A stretch of DNA of 64,000 bases from a virus. A program made the position numbers and the translations under genes. Below, in pieces: positions 8,569-17,985 of this stretch. The notes beneath the pieces are model-generated. The model was given only the letters and a program-made list of their open reading frames with translations. It had not been told where the DNA came from and ran no database searches. The stretch lies in IMG/VR virus record IMGVR_UViG_3300026457_000013, positions 1 through 64,000 of that record, one strand, 5' to 3'. How positions within the stretch are numbered: position 1 is the first letter of the stretch; each line of letters opens with the position of its first letter.

Positions 8569-9108
8569 TCAAAAACTTTTACGAAGTCCCAAACCCCAGG
8601 CACTTTCTTTTATATCTTGTGTACTTTTACTAACACCAATGTTAGCACTTAGGTCTTTTGTTAGTGGAGCACTTACGCCTAAAAAGGTAACTGTTTGTTT
8701 GGGATTGTGATCATCCCAGTTTACTCGTGTTTTAGCACCAGCATATGCATATAGTTTACCAATTGGCATACCGCCGCTAACACCTACTAGGCCATACTGA
8801 AAACTTTTGCTACCATTAAAGCCAAGATCGTGACCAACTCCTAGAAATGGGCTTAGCGGACCGATTTGTTTACTGGCTGTAAATTCTGCACTATGCACCA
8901 TACCACCACCATCAAAACTAGCTGTGCGAAGTTGCATCATAGTGTTTAGTCCCATAACAGGAGCTCCAACACGAACATAGTGTGCCTGACTATCTTTGCC
9001 ACCTTTAGCGTCTGCTTTAACTTGATCTAGATCATAGCTAACAAAACCAGCAGCTTGTGCACTACCAAATCCTAGTGCAATTAATGCGGTTAATAACGTT
9101 TTTTTCAT
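8569..9108 (-). CDS. outer-membrane beta-barrel protein
   Basis: MKKTLL...AQA signal peptide, alternating amphipathic strands, C-terminal Phe (GLGLRKSF). Confidence 0.75.
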   Translation of the reverse strand: MKKTLLTALIALGFGSAQAAGFVSYDLDQVKADAKGGKDSQAHYVRVGAPVMGLNTMMQLRTASFDGGGMVHSAEFTASKQIGPLSPFLGVGHDLGFNGSKSFQYGLVGVSGGMPIGKLYAYAGAKTRVNWDDHNPKQTVTFLGVSAPLTKDLSANIGVSKSTQDIKESAWGLGLRKSF

Positions 9109-9166
9109 TGACTGTCCTCTGTAGTTTAGGGTCAAGATAATATTATAACCCTAATAACAAAATTTT

Positions 9167-9361
9167 TCAAGATAGGTTTTTTCGAGGTTTGAGCAAAGCA
9201 CCACAATCCCTTGTGTGCTTAATTTCACGGATTATGTCATAATTGATTTCTTTGGCTAATTTACTAAATGGATAGCGCCTACAATAATCCTCATAAGCAG
9301 GCAATAAGGTATCTACTATCAAATGTTCTAGTTCTGCTGTATAGTTTACAATTTTAGACAT
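9167..9361 (-). CDS. hypothetical protein
   Basis: ATG after GGAGGAG; one of a divergent sigma70 promoter pair at ~9380-9482 lies upstream. Confidence 0.65.
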   Translation of the reverse strand: MSKIVNYTAELEHLIVDTLLPAYEDYCRRYPFSKLAKEINYDIIREIKHTRDCGALLKPRKNLS

Positions 9362-9523
9362 TAACTCCTCCATTTCCCCTATTATAGCAGCCCGGCAAAA
9401 ACTTTTCAAGACAATTTTTTTATAGTTTGGCGCCGCCCTGCCCATATTTTCACTTGAAAAGTTTTTGCCATTCCGGTATAATAGGAAAGTTACAATTATT
9501 ATAGGATTTGACGAGGAAATACT

Positions 9524-10006
9524 ATGAACTATACTGCTATGTTGTTATTAGCAGTAGTATGTTTGCTTTTCCCTACCACAACTATTAAAACATTTACAGA
9601 TGCGCCCTTTCGTGCGTTTTATGTTGTACAACATACACAAAAAGACTTAATATGCCTAGCAAAAAATATATACTTTGAAGCAAGAGGGGAAGAACTAACT
9701 GGTAAGGTGGCTGTTGCACAGGTAACCTTAAACCGAGTACTACATGCTAGTAATTTTGAAAAAACGATCTGCAAAGTGGTCTATAGTAAAGACCAGTTTA
9801 GTTGGACTAATAATAGTAAGCATGTTATAAATGACCTAGCTCGCTGGGAAGAAAGTTTAAAAGTAGCACAAGGTGTGCTAGCAGGCAAACTATTTATAGA
9901 AAACTTTGATGCACTGTACTTTCATGCACAATATGTCAAACCACAGTGGCAAAAAACAAAACAATATTTAATTAAAATAGGTAATCACGTATTTTACACG
10001 GAATAA
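9524..10006 (+). CDS. cell wall hydrolase (SleB/Hydrolase_2 family)
   Basis: CLAKNIYFEARGE, AVAQVTLNRV, QFSW, IGNHVFY. Confidence 0.92.
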   Translation: MNYTAMLLLAVVCLLFPTTTIKTFTDAPFRAFYVVQHTQKDLICLAKNIYFEARGEELTGKVAVAQVTLNRVLHASNFEKTICKVVYSKDQFSWTNNSKHVINDLARWEESLKVAQGVLAGKLFIENFDALYFHAQYVKPQWQKTKQYLIKIGNHVFYTE

Positions 10007-10007
10007 T

Positions 10008-10682
10008 ATGAACACAGCACATATTTGGTGGGCAACACCAGACATAGACAAAAATATAGCGCAAATTGCGCGTGTAAGTAATCCTAGCAACCAAATGAAC
10101 CAAGAATATCGCGGACTATTACAGTATATGATTAGGGAAGGCCATGTTAGTCCATTTGAAATGGTTAATGTTTGCATGGAAATTAATACAACACGCGATA
10201 TTGCTCGCCAAATACTACGCCATAGGTCGTTTAGTTTTCAAGAGTTTTCGCAACGCTATCAAACGGTTGAAGCGTTGGGTGCGCTAGATATATCACGCGA
10301 ACCAAGGCTGCAAGATAAAAAGAATCGCCAAAACAGCATACCACTAAACTACCTACAAGATAAAGATCGCATACTAGGGTCACAGTGGGAATATAGATTA
10401 AAAACTATAGCTGAGGATGCACAGCGACACTACGACTGGGCTATTAGTGCTGGTATTGCTAAAGAACAAGCCCGCGCAATCTTACCAGAAGGATTAACAC
10501 CTAGCCGTATGTATATGAATGGTACACTACGAAGTTGGATATTTTACTTAAAACAGCGACTAGACCCTAGCACTCAAAAGGAGCATAGGCTAGTAGCTAA
10601 ATGTGCATACAATGAGCTTTGTCATGTTGCACCTATTACAATGGAGGCTATGTTTGGAACCCAAGACAAGCTGGACACTTAG
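10008..10682 (+). CDS. thyX: flavin-dependent thymidylate synthase
   Basis: GHVSPFE, RHRSFSFQEFSQRY, KEQARAILP, TQKEHR. Confidence 0.95.
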   Translation: MNTAHIWWATPDIDKNIAQIARVSNPSNQMNQEYRGLLQYMIREGHVSPFEMVNVCMEINTTRDIARQILRHRSFSFQEFSQRYQTVEALGALDISREPRLQDKKNRQNSIPLNYLQDKDRILGSQWEYRLKTIAEDAQRHYDWAISAGIAKEQARAILPEGLTPSRMYMNGTLRSWIFYLKQRLDPSTQKEHRLVAKCAYNELCHVAPITMEAMFGTQDKLDT

Positions 10683-10821
10683 AGTAGAAGTAGACGAGCA
10701 TGGCGAACCTTGTATTATATTACCAGACGACGTGATCGAACAAGTAGGCTGGAAAATAGGCGATATTATACGTTGGGTTAAACGTGATAATGATAGCTGG
10801 ATCCTAGAACGAATATCATGA
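10603..10821 (+). CDS. AbrB/MazE-like small protein (true start likely ~10654)
   Basis: IILPDDVIEQVGWKIGD swapped-hairpin signature. Confidence 0.65.
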   Translation: MHTMSFVMLHLLQWRLCLEPKTSWTLRVEVDEHGEPCIILPDDVIEQVGWKIGDIIRWVKRDNDSWILERIS

Positions 10822-11207
10822 ATATTGTACTATACACGCAAGACTTTGAGCCTATTACTGTTATAGACTTACCAATGTGGTTATTAGATAAAGTAGATAG
10901 TGAAGGCTATGTAAAAGTAGCTGTACCTAAACGCCTAGACATAAAAAATATTGCAGAAAGTGCTGCCAGTGGTAGCCCACTACAAGAACTGTATGATACT
11001 ATTACTATAGTTGGCACTAGGTTGTACTGGCGAGATGGTACACCTAGAACTATTTATACAACTACTGCTAAAGACGAAGAACTTGCACTAGTGCTAAAAC
11101 CCAACTGGTTACCTGGTCAGCGCATGCAAATTAATAATTACCAAGAAGCTATTACATTCTTAGCAACCCAACTTAAACATCATATCAAGAAAAACGATCT
11201 TGACTAA
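10818..11207 (+). CDS. conserved hypothetical protein
   Basis: VLYTQDFEPITVIDLP; ATGA overlap. Confidence 0.75.
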   Translation: MNIVLYTQDFEPITVIDLPMWLLDKVDSEGYVKVAVPKRLDIKNIAESAASGSPLQELYDTITIVGTRLYWRDGTPRTIYTTTAKDEELALVLKPNWLPGQRMQINNYQEAITFLATQLKHHIKKNDLD

Positions 11208-11254
11208 TATGGTTACGGCCTGTATAATATATCTTTATTTACTGGAATACTAAC

Positions 11255-11479
11255 GTGAGAAAATACCGCACCAACAAGATTCCTAAATTGCAACCGCCCC
11301 CAGGCCGTGAAACGCCTTATATACCAAGTCGCGACAGCGGCACTGGTGTGGCGGCCAAGCGCGAAAATCCCGTATATACTGGTGGCAATATTATTGGTAT
11401 TGGTACACTACACAAGTCAAATGCTGTGCCTATCTTTAGCCAACAAGAGGCCCGTGACATCAGCGCTATGCGGAGATAA
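11255..11479 (+). CDS. conserved phage hypothetical protein
   Basis: YTG..IIGIGTLHKSNAVPIF...ISAMRR; promoter TTGACT-17-TATAAT upstream. Confidence 0.75.
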   Translation: MRKYRTNKIPKLQPPPGRETPYIPSRDSGTGVAAKRENPVYTGGNIIGIGTLHKSNAVPIFSQQEARDISAMRR

Positions 11480-11480
11480 T

Positions 11481-11663
11481 ATGCAACTGTCAAGAAAACA
11501 GATTAATCAACTGGCTGAGATTGCAGATCACTTTCAAGAAGTTAACGTATATGAATTATACGAAGAACACACGGGCATTGGGCCTGTTATAAAGGTAAAG
11601 TTTTCACTTTTTGGCAAAATGAGTGATACTAGCGTAGATATAACTGATGTGGAGAGTTGGTAG
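11481..11663 (+). CDS. hypothetical protein
   Basis: ATG after GGAG; ends DITDVESW. Confidence 0.7.
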   Translation: MQLSRKQINQLAEIADHFQEVNVYELYEEHTGIGPVIKVKFSLFGKMSDTSVDITDVESW

Positions 11664-11866
11664 TGAATATACCTGTACAAGCAAAGTTTATTGAGTGGTT
11701 TTATAACAAGTCCTTTCCTAGCTATGACAGTAAGCGAAACCGCAACGGTTTTTTAGGCGATATGTTAGACATGAATAAAATTGATCACGATGCACTGCAA
11801 TACTGGATACAAGAGGCATTTCATCAAGGTGCTAAGGCACAGCGTGAACTAGATAGCGAGAAATAG
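11657..11866 (+). CDS. hypothetical protein
   Basis: ORF in tightly packed operon. Confidence 0.6.
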   Translation: MVVNIPVQAKFIEWFYNKSFPSYDSKRNRNGFLGDMLDMNKIDHDALQYWIQEAFHQGAKAQRELDSEK

Positions 11867-11867
11867 T

Positions 11868-12242
11868 ATGGGATCACTAAAACCAGGCGTACAGTACATA
11901 TACGAACATCGTGACGGTAAAGTATACGCTCGTGAAGCTGGTGCATCACCTGATACTGCTGTGGTTATAGGTGGAGATTGGAAACCAGATAGCCTAGAAA
12001 CAAAGCTGCACAAACTGGAGCAGGATATTGTGGAATTAAAACAACTTGTACAACGACTAGTGCCACCAGTTATGCCTGTTAATCCTACTACTTGGCGAAA
12101 GGGTTGCCAAGTATGTGGCATGACTACTGAAAGTGCTATGGGATATGTATGCTCAAACCCTAGCTGCCCTGTTCGCGTAACTAGTAGTAGAATTGTAACA
12201 CAACCAAGCGTATATATAGACCTAGACAGAGAACAAGCATAA
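11868..12242 (+). CDS. hypothetical protein with C-terminal Cys motif
   Basis: MGSLKPGVQYIYE...VYARE; CQVC...CSNPSC. Confidence 0.7.
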   Translation: MGSLKPGVQYIYEHRDGKVYAREAGASPDTAVVIGGDWKPDSLETKLHKLEQDIVELKQLVQRLVPPVMPVNPTTWRKGCQVCGMTTESAMGYVCSNPSCPVRVTSSRIVTQPSVYIDLDREQA

Positions 12243-12252
12243 AGGAACTAAC

Positions 12253-12903
12253 GTGAAAGTAATTATTGGCCCATATAGAAACTGGTTTGGCCCGTATCAG
12301 CTAGCTGACCTGCTTTGCTTGTGGGTCAAAGAAGTCAAAGACAAAGAAGGTAACCTAGACAAGCCACAGTGGGTACATCGTTTTGGCGAGTGGCTTGCTG
12401 AAAAGAAGGATGGCACTCCTACTCTACTACATAAGTTCTTATTATGGGTAGATAGCAAGCGTGAACGACAAGTGTATGTAAAGATTAATCCCTGGGATAC
12501 TTGGTCAATGGATCATACCCTAAGTCACATAGTTGTACCAATGCTCAAGCAATTGAAAGCAACTAAGCATGGTGCTCCACATGTAGATGACGAGGATGTG
12601 CCAGAGCATCTCAAGAGTACTAGTGCACCCCCAAAAGAGCATGATTATGACGTTGATGATAATCACTTTAAACGCTGGGACTGGGCACTAGATGAAATGA
12701 TTTGGGCTTTTCAGCAAAAACTGGATGATAATCCCGATGATCAGTTTTACACTCATCCTACACAAGAGGAGCGTAGTGGCAAAAGCTTTCAAGAGCAAAT
12801 TGAGCTGATTAAGGTTGACCGTGAAGGTTTAGACGCCTGGCAAGCTCGCAAAGCTAACGGCTATAGACTATTTGGCAAATACTACGAAGGATTGTGGGAC
12901 TAG
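12253..12903 (+). CDS. conserved phage hypothetical protein
   Basis: WDTWSMDHTL, KHGAP, DEMIWAF, LFGKYYEGLWD. Confidence 0.8.
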   Translation: MKVIIGPYRNWFGPYQLADLLCLWVKEVKDKEGNLDKPQWVHRFGEWLAEKKDGTPTLLHKFLLWVDSKRERQVYVKINPWDTWSMDHTLSHIVVPMLKQLKATKHGAPHVDDEDVPEHLKSTSAPPKEHDYDVDDNHFKRWDWALDEMIWAFQQKLDDNPDDQFYTHPTQEERSGKSFQEQIELIKVDREGLDAWQARKANGYRLFGKYYEGLWD

Positions 12904-12905
12904 CT

Positions 12906-13076
12906 ATGGAAATACTATTTGGAATTGGCATATTCTTTTTAGTGTGGGGTATAATTGTTTGGCGACTTAAAGTTGTGCAAGCCAGACAAGAACGTTGGGT
13001 TGATAGTGCTTACACTAGACCTAACTACACTAAATTTAGCGGTTACTGGGTTTGGCCTAAAAGTCCAGAAATATAG
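12906..13076 (+). CDS. small membrane protein
   Basis: N-terminal hydrophobic helix. Confidence 0.55.
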   Translation: MEILFGIGIFFLVWGIIVWRLKVVQARQERWVDSAYTRPNYTKFSGYWVWPKSPEI

Positions 13077-13118
13077 TGTTGACACAATGGGTTAATTGCC
13101 CTATAATATATAAATATT

Positions 13119-13196
13119 GTGAGAGTGGCTGAGTGGTCAAAGGCAACGGTCTGCAAAACCGTACAATCATCGGTTCAAATCCGATCTCTCACTCCA
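13119..13196 (+). tRNA. tRNA-Cys(GCA)
   Basis: cloverleaf, CTGCAAA loop, CCA; promoter TTGACA-17-TATAAT at 13079-13107. Confidence 0.92.
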
Positions 13197-13201
13197 AATA
13201 T

Positions 13202-13286
13202 GGACAACGAGCAGCATTGGCGACTGCAGCAGACTGTAAATCTGTCACCTCTGGTATACGGGGTTCGATTCCCTGGTTGTCCACCA
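13202..13286 (+). tRNA. tRNA-Tyr(GUA)
   Basis: CTGTAAA loop, long variable arm, CCA. Confidence 0.9.
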
Positions 13287-13288
13287 AT

Positions 13289-13366
13289 ACCTCCTTAGCT
13301 CAGATGGATTAGAGCAGCGGGCTACGAACTCGCAGGTCGGGCGTTCGAGTCGCTCAGGGGGTGCCA
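13289..13366 (+). tRNA. tRNA-Arg(ACG)
   Basis: CTACGAA loop, CCA. Confidence 0.92.
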
Positions 13367-13368
13367 AT

Positions 13369-13442
13369 TCCGGTGTAGTATAATGGCAGTGCAACGGTCT
13401 CCAAAACCGTTAGTGGGGGTTCGATTCCCTCCACCGGAGCCA
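13369..13442 (+). tRNA. tRNA-Trp(CCA)
   Basis: CTCCAAA loop, CCA. Confidence 0.92.
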
Positions 13443-13487
13443 AATCTTTAATATGCTAGTTGTTTACAGCTGATATATTAAAGATTT

Positions 13488-13577
13488 GGAAAGCGGGCCG
13501 GATGGTAAGGCAGCGGATTGCTAATCCGTAGATTCACGAAAGTGGGTCACAGGGTTCGACTCCCTGGCTTTCCGCCA
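13488..13577 (+). tRNA. tRNA-Ser(GCU)
   Basis: TTGCTAA loop, long variable arm, CCA. Confidence 0.92.
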
Positions 13578-13584
13578 AATCAAT

Positions 13585-13659
13585 TCTGAGATAGCTCAGC
13601 GGTAGAGCAGTTGGCTGTTAACCAATTGGTCGTAGGTTCGATCCCTACTCTCAGAGCCA
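13585..13659 (+). tRNA. tRNA-Asn(GUU)
   Basis: CTGTTAA loop, CCA. Confidence 0.93.
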
Positions 13660-13665
13660 AACAAT

Positions 13666-13739
13666 CGCGGGTTGTTGAAAAGGTATCATGAAGGTCTCAT
13701 AAGCCCTCGTTCTAGGTTCGACTCCTAGACCCGCAACCA
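13666..13739 (+). tRNA. tRNA-Met(CAU), initiator-like
   Basis: CTCATAA loop; C1xA72 mismatch as in fMet. Confidence 0.85.
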
Positions 13740-13740
13740 A

Positions 13741-13816
13741 TCCAGATTAGCTCAGTTGGTAGAGCAAACGACCGATAATCGTTAGGTCAGTGGTTCGAGT
13801 CCACTATCTAGAACCA
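13741..13816 (+). tRNA. tRNA-Ile(GAU)
   Basis: CCGATAA loop, GTTCGAGTC, CCA. Confidence 0.9.
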
Positions 13817-13817
13817 A

Positions 13818-13939
13818 AATATAGTTGAGTACATTAGCAGTTGGCGTTCAACCACCTGAAAATATAACCTTGCAAGGCAGCACGTTTAGGCAACGAGGTA
13901 CACGTTGCAAAAGTGGATGCTAGTGTACTCAACTATATT
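13818..13939 (+). ncRNA. candidate structured RNA at end of tRNA operon
   Basis: 22-bp closing stem AATATAGTTGAGTACATTAGCA/TGCTAGTGTACTCAACTATATT. Confidence 0.5.
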
Positions 13940-13976
13940 GCCCGTAGGCAACACCAACACACAACACGAGGATATT

Positions 13977-14612
13977 ATGAAAACTGCAAAGATACTAGTA
14001 TGTGATCCTTACCTAGAACTTGACTGTGCACATGCTGTTGCTAGTGCGCTTAAGCCTGAGTTTAAGGTACAGATGATTACCTTAGAAAATCTGCCGTTTG
14101 CTCTATATGATTGTGACCTCTTAGTAGTAGGTGGTGGTATTGGCGACAGCGATGTATTTGACGATGTTATGAGTCGTAATAATATTCGTGCGGTACAAGA
14201 TTATCTAGAAGCTGGTGGTAAATACCTTGGCATTTGCATGGGTGCTTACTGGGCCGGTGGACTATACTTTGACATTGTGCCACTAGCCATAGGACAGTAT
14301 GTGGTTACCCAAGACAATGGTATCGATCACGAAGACCCTACTATAGCTAAGATTAGCTGGCAAGGTGTAGAGCATAACATGTACTTTTACGACGGTTGCA
14401 CTTTTCACGCACCAACTAAGGACACTGAAATAGTGGCCAGATACGAAAATGGTTATCCTATGGCTGTTATCCAGGACAGGCAAATTGGTTTGATTGGTTG
14501 TCATCCTGAAAGTGAGCCATGGTGGTTTGATGATTTTGATGTTAACTATTACAGCCCAGAACATAATAGGTTACTCAAAGATTTTGCAATTAGACTAGTC
14601 TGTGAAGCATAG
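13977..14612 (+). CDS. class I glutamine amidotransferase-like (BPL_N) protein
   Basis: GGGIGD, GGKYLGICMGAY nucleophile elbow, GCHPES. Confidence 0.8.
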   Translation: MKTAKILVCDPYLELDCAHAVASALKPEFKVQMITLENLPFALYDCDLLVVGGGIGDSDVFDDVMSRNNIRAVQDYLEAGGKYLGICMGAYWAGGLYFDIVPLAIGQYVVTQDNGIDHEDPTIAKISWQGVEHNMYFYDGCTFHAPTKDTEIVARYENGYPMAVIQDRQIGLIGCHPESEPWWFDDFDVNYYSPEHNRLLKDFAIRLVCEA

Positions 14613-14802
14613 CTGGCAACTGCACCTGTACAACATTTGTTGGGCAGGTGTTTTCCTATTTATAGGCTACTACTTTAGCTGGACTTATCTACTACTAGCA
14701 CTATACATGGTAGCTGCTATAGCTATACTATGGACTGGCTAATTTTATACTTGACCCACAACCTCAATAGTGTTATAATATAATATTACTTGGAGGAATA
14801 AC

Positions 14803-15006
14803 GTGGCAGGCTATACCAAAGAATTTTTAGTTGATGCATATTTATGGCGATTTACTAAAATACCTAGTATTACTATAGATCGATTACTTGACCTTGAGCG
14901 TATTGCTATCAATACTTATGATAAATATGGTAAAGACAAGTTTCGCGACTATGCTAGCCTAGATGCGGAGTATATCAGAAACTATAAAGCTAGTTTAGCA
15001 CGATGA
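14803..15006 (+). CDS. hypothetical protein
   Basis: GTG after GGAGG; promoter at ~14751-14779. Confidence 0.7.
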   Translation: MAGYTKEFLVDAYLWRFTKIPSITIDRLLDLERIAINTYDKYGKDKFRDYASLDAEYIRNYKASLAR

Positions 15007-15200
15007 GTAAAATAGTATTATTACACGACGTATATGCTATCAAAGAACAAAAAGAGCGTGAGCTAGCTTACTATCGCGAACAACTTGAGATTATACATCA
15101 AAAATTAGTGTGGATTGAGCGTGAGTACAAATTAACCAAAGATATAATTAAAATGATAGAACAGGAATCAGTTGTACAGCTGATACCTAAAAATGATTAG
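15003..15200 (+). CDS. hypothetical coiled-coil protein
   Basis: KERELAYYREQL; ATGA overlap. Confidence 0.7.
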   Translation: MSKIVLLHDVYAIKEQKERELAYYREQLEIIHQKLVWIEREYKLTKDIIKMIEQESVVQLIPKND

Positions 15201-15384
15201 TAGATATGTTATAGTAGAAAGCGCAAGCATTGACCGGCTAGTCTTAGAGGTCAATGCATTATTACGTGCAGGTTGGATACCACAAGGCGGTGCGGCTAAA
15301 AATGAAACGCACTATATTCAAGCAATGATTAAACTGGAGAAACATGAAGCGGTTGTTAACACTCATCACAGCACTAACTATTAG
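15193..15384 (+). CDS. DUF1737-like small protein
   Basis: VNALLRAGWIPQGG...YIQAMIK. Confidence 0.6.
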   Translation: MISRYVIVESASIDRLVLEVNALLRAGWIPQGGAAKNETHYIQAMIKLEKHEAVVNTHHSTNY

Positions 15385-16354
15385 TGCCACAGCACAAGCA
15401 GCAGACATTACTGGAGCAGGTGCAACATTTCCTTACCCTATTTATGCTAAATGGGCAGAGGCCTACCATAAACAAACTGGTGTTGGTTTAAACTATCAAA
15501 GCATTGGTAGTAGTGGCGGTATTCGTCAGATTAATTCAAAGACAGTAACATTTGGTGCTACAGATGCTCCGGTTAAGGGTGAGGACTTAGATAAAAATGG
15601 TCAAGTTCAGTTTCCAGCAATTATTGGTGGCACTGTACCTGTAGTCAATCTTGAGGGATTTAAGCCCAATGAACTAAGAATAACAGGTTCAGTACTTGCT
15701 GAAGTATATATGGGTATAGTCACCAAGTGGAATGATCAAAAGTTGCTGGCACTAAATCCTGGTAAAAAGTTACCAGATCAAACAATTACTGTAGTGCATC
15801 GTGCTGATGGATCGGGCACTACTTTTAACTTTACAGACTATCTTAGCAGTGTTAGCCAGGAATGGTCAACTAAAATAGGTAAAGGTGCTGCTGTTAAGTG
15901 GATTCCACAAACTGCTGTAGGCGGCAAAGGTAATGAAGGGGTAGCAGCTAATGTTACTAGAATTAAGGGTTCTATTGGCTATGTAGAGTATGCATACGTT
16001 AAAAAGAATAACATGACTAGCTTGCAACTGCAAAATAAAGCAGGTAACTGGATTAGTCCAGATGATGCAAACTTTGCAGCTGCCGCACTAGCGGCGGATT
16101 GGTTTAGTGTACCTGGTATGGGGTTGAGCATTGTTAATCAAGCTCATAAAGATGCCTGGCCAATTTCTACTGCTAGTTTTATTGTAATGTACAAGGAACC
16201 ACAGGATAAACGGGCTAGTCAAGAAGTCGTCAAGTTTTTTGACTGGGCATTTAAAAACGGTGCAAAACTAAGTGCAGAACTTGACTATGTACACCTGCCA
16301 GACAAATTGCAGCAGGATATTCGTCAACGAGTTTGGTCACAGTTTAAACACTAG
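15344..16354 (+). CDS. pstS: phosphate ABC transporter substrate-binding protein PstS
   Basis: signal peptide, ITGAGATFP, NYQSIGSSGG, FGATDAP, HRADGSGTT, IGYVEY. Confidence 0.96.
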   Translation: MKRLLTLITALTISATAQAADITGAGATFPYPIYAKWAEAYHKQTGVGLNYQSIGSSGGIRQINSKTVTFGATDAPVKGEDLDKNGQVQFPAIIGGTVPVVNLEGFKPNELRITGSVLAEVYMGIVTKWNDQKLLALNPGKKLPDQTITVVHRADGSGTTFNFTDYLSSVSQEWSTKIGKGAAVKWIPQTAVGGKGNEGVAANVTRIKGSIGYVEYAYVKKNNMTSLQLQNKAGNWISPDDANFAAAALAADWFSVPGMGLSIVNQAHKDAWPISTASFIVMYKEPQDKRASQEVVKFFDWAFKNGAKLSAELDYVHLPDKLQQDIRQRVWSQFKH

Positions 16355-16410
16355 TAAGCATCACATTGCCTAGCGTGCTAGGCAGTCTAATGTTTACCAG
16401 GGAGAGTAAT

Positions 16411-16593
16411 ATGAAACACATTATGGTTGATCCGCCCAGTGGCTGGGCCTATGGCTTTCCTAAATTGTGGGACGGTGAGGAGCCACTAGACATTTGGCTA
16501 TTTAAGCACGGCTATCCCAATGAAGATATTGCATTTGCACTAAACTACTTACGCATGTGGCCTGTGGAGGATGATCGTGAAACAGTGGTTTGA
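16411..16593 (+). CDS. hypothetical protein
   Basis: VDPPSGWAYGFPK motif. Confidence 0.7.
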   Translation: MKHIMVDPPSGWAYGFPKLWDGEEPLDIWLFKHGYPNEDIAFALNYLRMWPVEDDRETVV

Positions 16594-16810
16594 GGAGTTT
16601 AAACGTAGCTGGCATGACAAGAGTTTTGTGTGCAGCATGGCTGCTTTTGTGCTAGGCTATGGAGCACTAGCACTGTTAGGATTGTTACTTAGCGACAAGC
16701 TGTTTTTGGCTGTAGTATGCGGTATAGCTGGCTGGCAGCTTGCTGCCTGGGCTAGCGGTTTAGGTCCAGAATTACTTCAGCTGTTACAACGACTAAAAAT
16801 ACTCCGTTGA
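16571..16810 (+). CDS. small membrane protein
   Basis: two hydrophobic segments. Confidence 0.6.
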   Translation: MIVKQWFEEFKRSWHDKSFVCSMAAFVLGYGALALLGLLLSDKLFLAVVCGIAGWQLAAWASGLGPELLQLLQRLKILR

Positions 16811-16921
16811 CGTATGTGGGCTTTGTCTGTATAATTATATTATTGATTGGCAGACAACCAATAAAACCAAATAAACAACTAAAAATATTCATTTGACGGG
16901 TTAGGTGATTGTCTGTATAAT
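16807..16921 (+). promoter_or_regulatory. tandem strong sigma70 early promoters
   Basis: TTGACG-17-TATAAT twice; similar AAATATTCACTTGA...TGTATAAT promoters at ~20040, 21662, 21926, 22381, 23750. Confidence 0.8.
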
Positions 16922-16959
16922 CATATTATTGATTCGCAAACAACCCAAAGGAAAAACAA

Positions 16960-17268
16960 ATGGAAAACAAAGCACAAAACTATACCGCTGAGCAGACCCA
17001 GTTGATTGTTGAGCAGTATAAGCAGGGTACTCCTGTTGAGCAGATTGCACAGATGATTGGCAAAACTACCCGCAGTGTTGTTGCCAAACTTAGCCGTGAA
17101 GGTGTTTATGTGGCTAAGAGCAAGGCTACCGGCGGTGTGCGTGTTAAGAAAAGTGATCTTGTTGAGCGCATTGCTAATCGTGTTGGTGTTCCTAGCGAGG
17201 TGTTTGAGAGCCTGGAAAAAGCCAACCACGAAGTGCTTGAGCACTTAGCAGCAAAGCTTGATGCCTGA
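16960..17268 (+). CDS. T5 A2/D3-like DNA-binding protein (paralogue 1)
   Basis: NYTAEQT...IAQMIGKTTRSVVAKLSREGVY...ESLEKAN, resembling T5 A2 (VRSKL...AY...SLESA) as recalled. Confidence 0.7.
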   Translation: MENKAQNYTAEQTQLIVEQYKQGTPVEQIAQMIGKTTRSVVAKLSREGVYVAKSKATGGVRVKKSDLVERIANRVGVPSEVFESLEKANHEVLEHLAAKLDA

Positions 17269-17312
17269 TCTTGGAGCCAGCATAGCTGGCTCTTTTCTAT
17301 TCTAGGACAGTT

Positions 17313-17612
17313 ATGAAAATTATTATTACCACACAAGTTTACAACAATTATGGAACTAAAAATGATCCCTACTGGAAGGCTAAAGGTAGTGGTGATTATG
17401 TAGTCCAATTACCTTGTGATTATACCGAGGAGGATGTTAAGCGTAAAGTAGAACTAGCCAAGGCTGTTATCGAATTGCATAATACGCCAATGTGGTGGGA
17501 AACCTGGCTGGGCTATCATGTGGTTGAGGATAATGTACTCACAGACTTTGAGTCGCAGCAACTAGAGTGGGATGGTAAAATAGAATTTCCAGCAGAGGTA
17601 TTAAATGTTTGA
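17313..17612 (+). CDS. hypothetical protein
   Basis: TQVYNNYG...YWKAKG motif. Confidence 0.7.
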   Translation: MKIIITTQVYNNYGTKNDPYWKAKGSGDYVVQLPCDYTEEDVKRKVELAKAVIELHNTPMWWETWLGYHVVEDNVLTDFESQQLEWDGKIEFPAEVLNV

Positions 17613-17985
17613 CGATGAATTAGCAAATAGTTTTAAGTTGTGGGAGCTGGAGCTTGAAGAAGATCACAGCAAGTTCTGGAATGGTTTAAGCAAAGATGAT
17701 CAGCTTAAGGCATTTTGCAGTGTTATGCGACTCCTATACAAAGCTGAAATTGAGGAACATGGTAGCTATCGCTATACCCTCTATGACGTATTCGGTTTTG
17801 GGCCGGAGAGTTATGCACAAGCACAAATGAGTGGTTTCTTAGCCATACACAACGCTATCTGGGACGGTGAGCGATTAGGCCAACTAATAGATAAACTGGA
17901 AGATCGTGTTGCTGCTGGTTTTAATGAAGATGTAGAAAAGGTTAAGCAAATCTTTATCAACTTTAGGAAAGATCAATGGATGTAA
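17605..17985 (+). CDS. hypothetical protein
   Basis: GSYRYTLYDVFGFGPESY motif. Confidence 0.7.
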   Translation: MFDDELANSFKLWELELEEDHSKFWNGLSKDDQLKAFCSVMRLLYKAEIEEHGSYRYTLYDVFGFGPESYAQAQMSGFLAIHNAIWDGERLGQLIDKLEDRVAAGFNEDVEKVKQIFINFRKDQWM

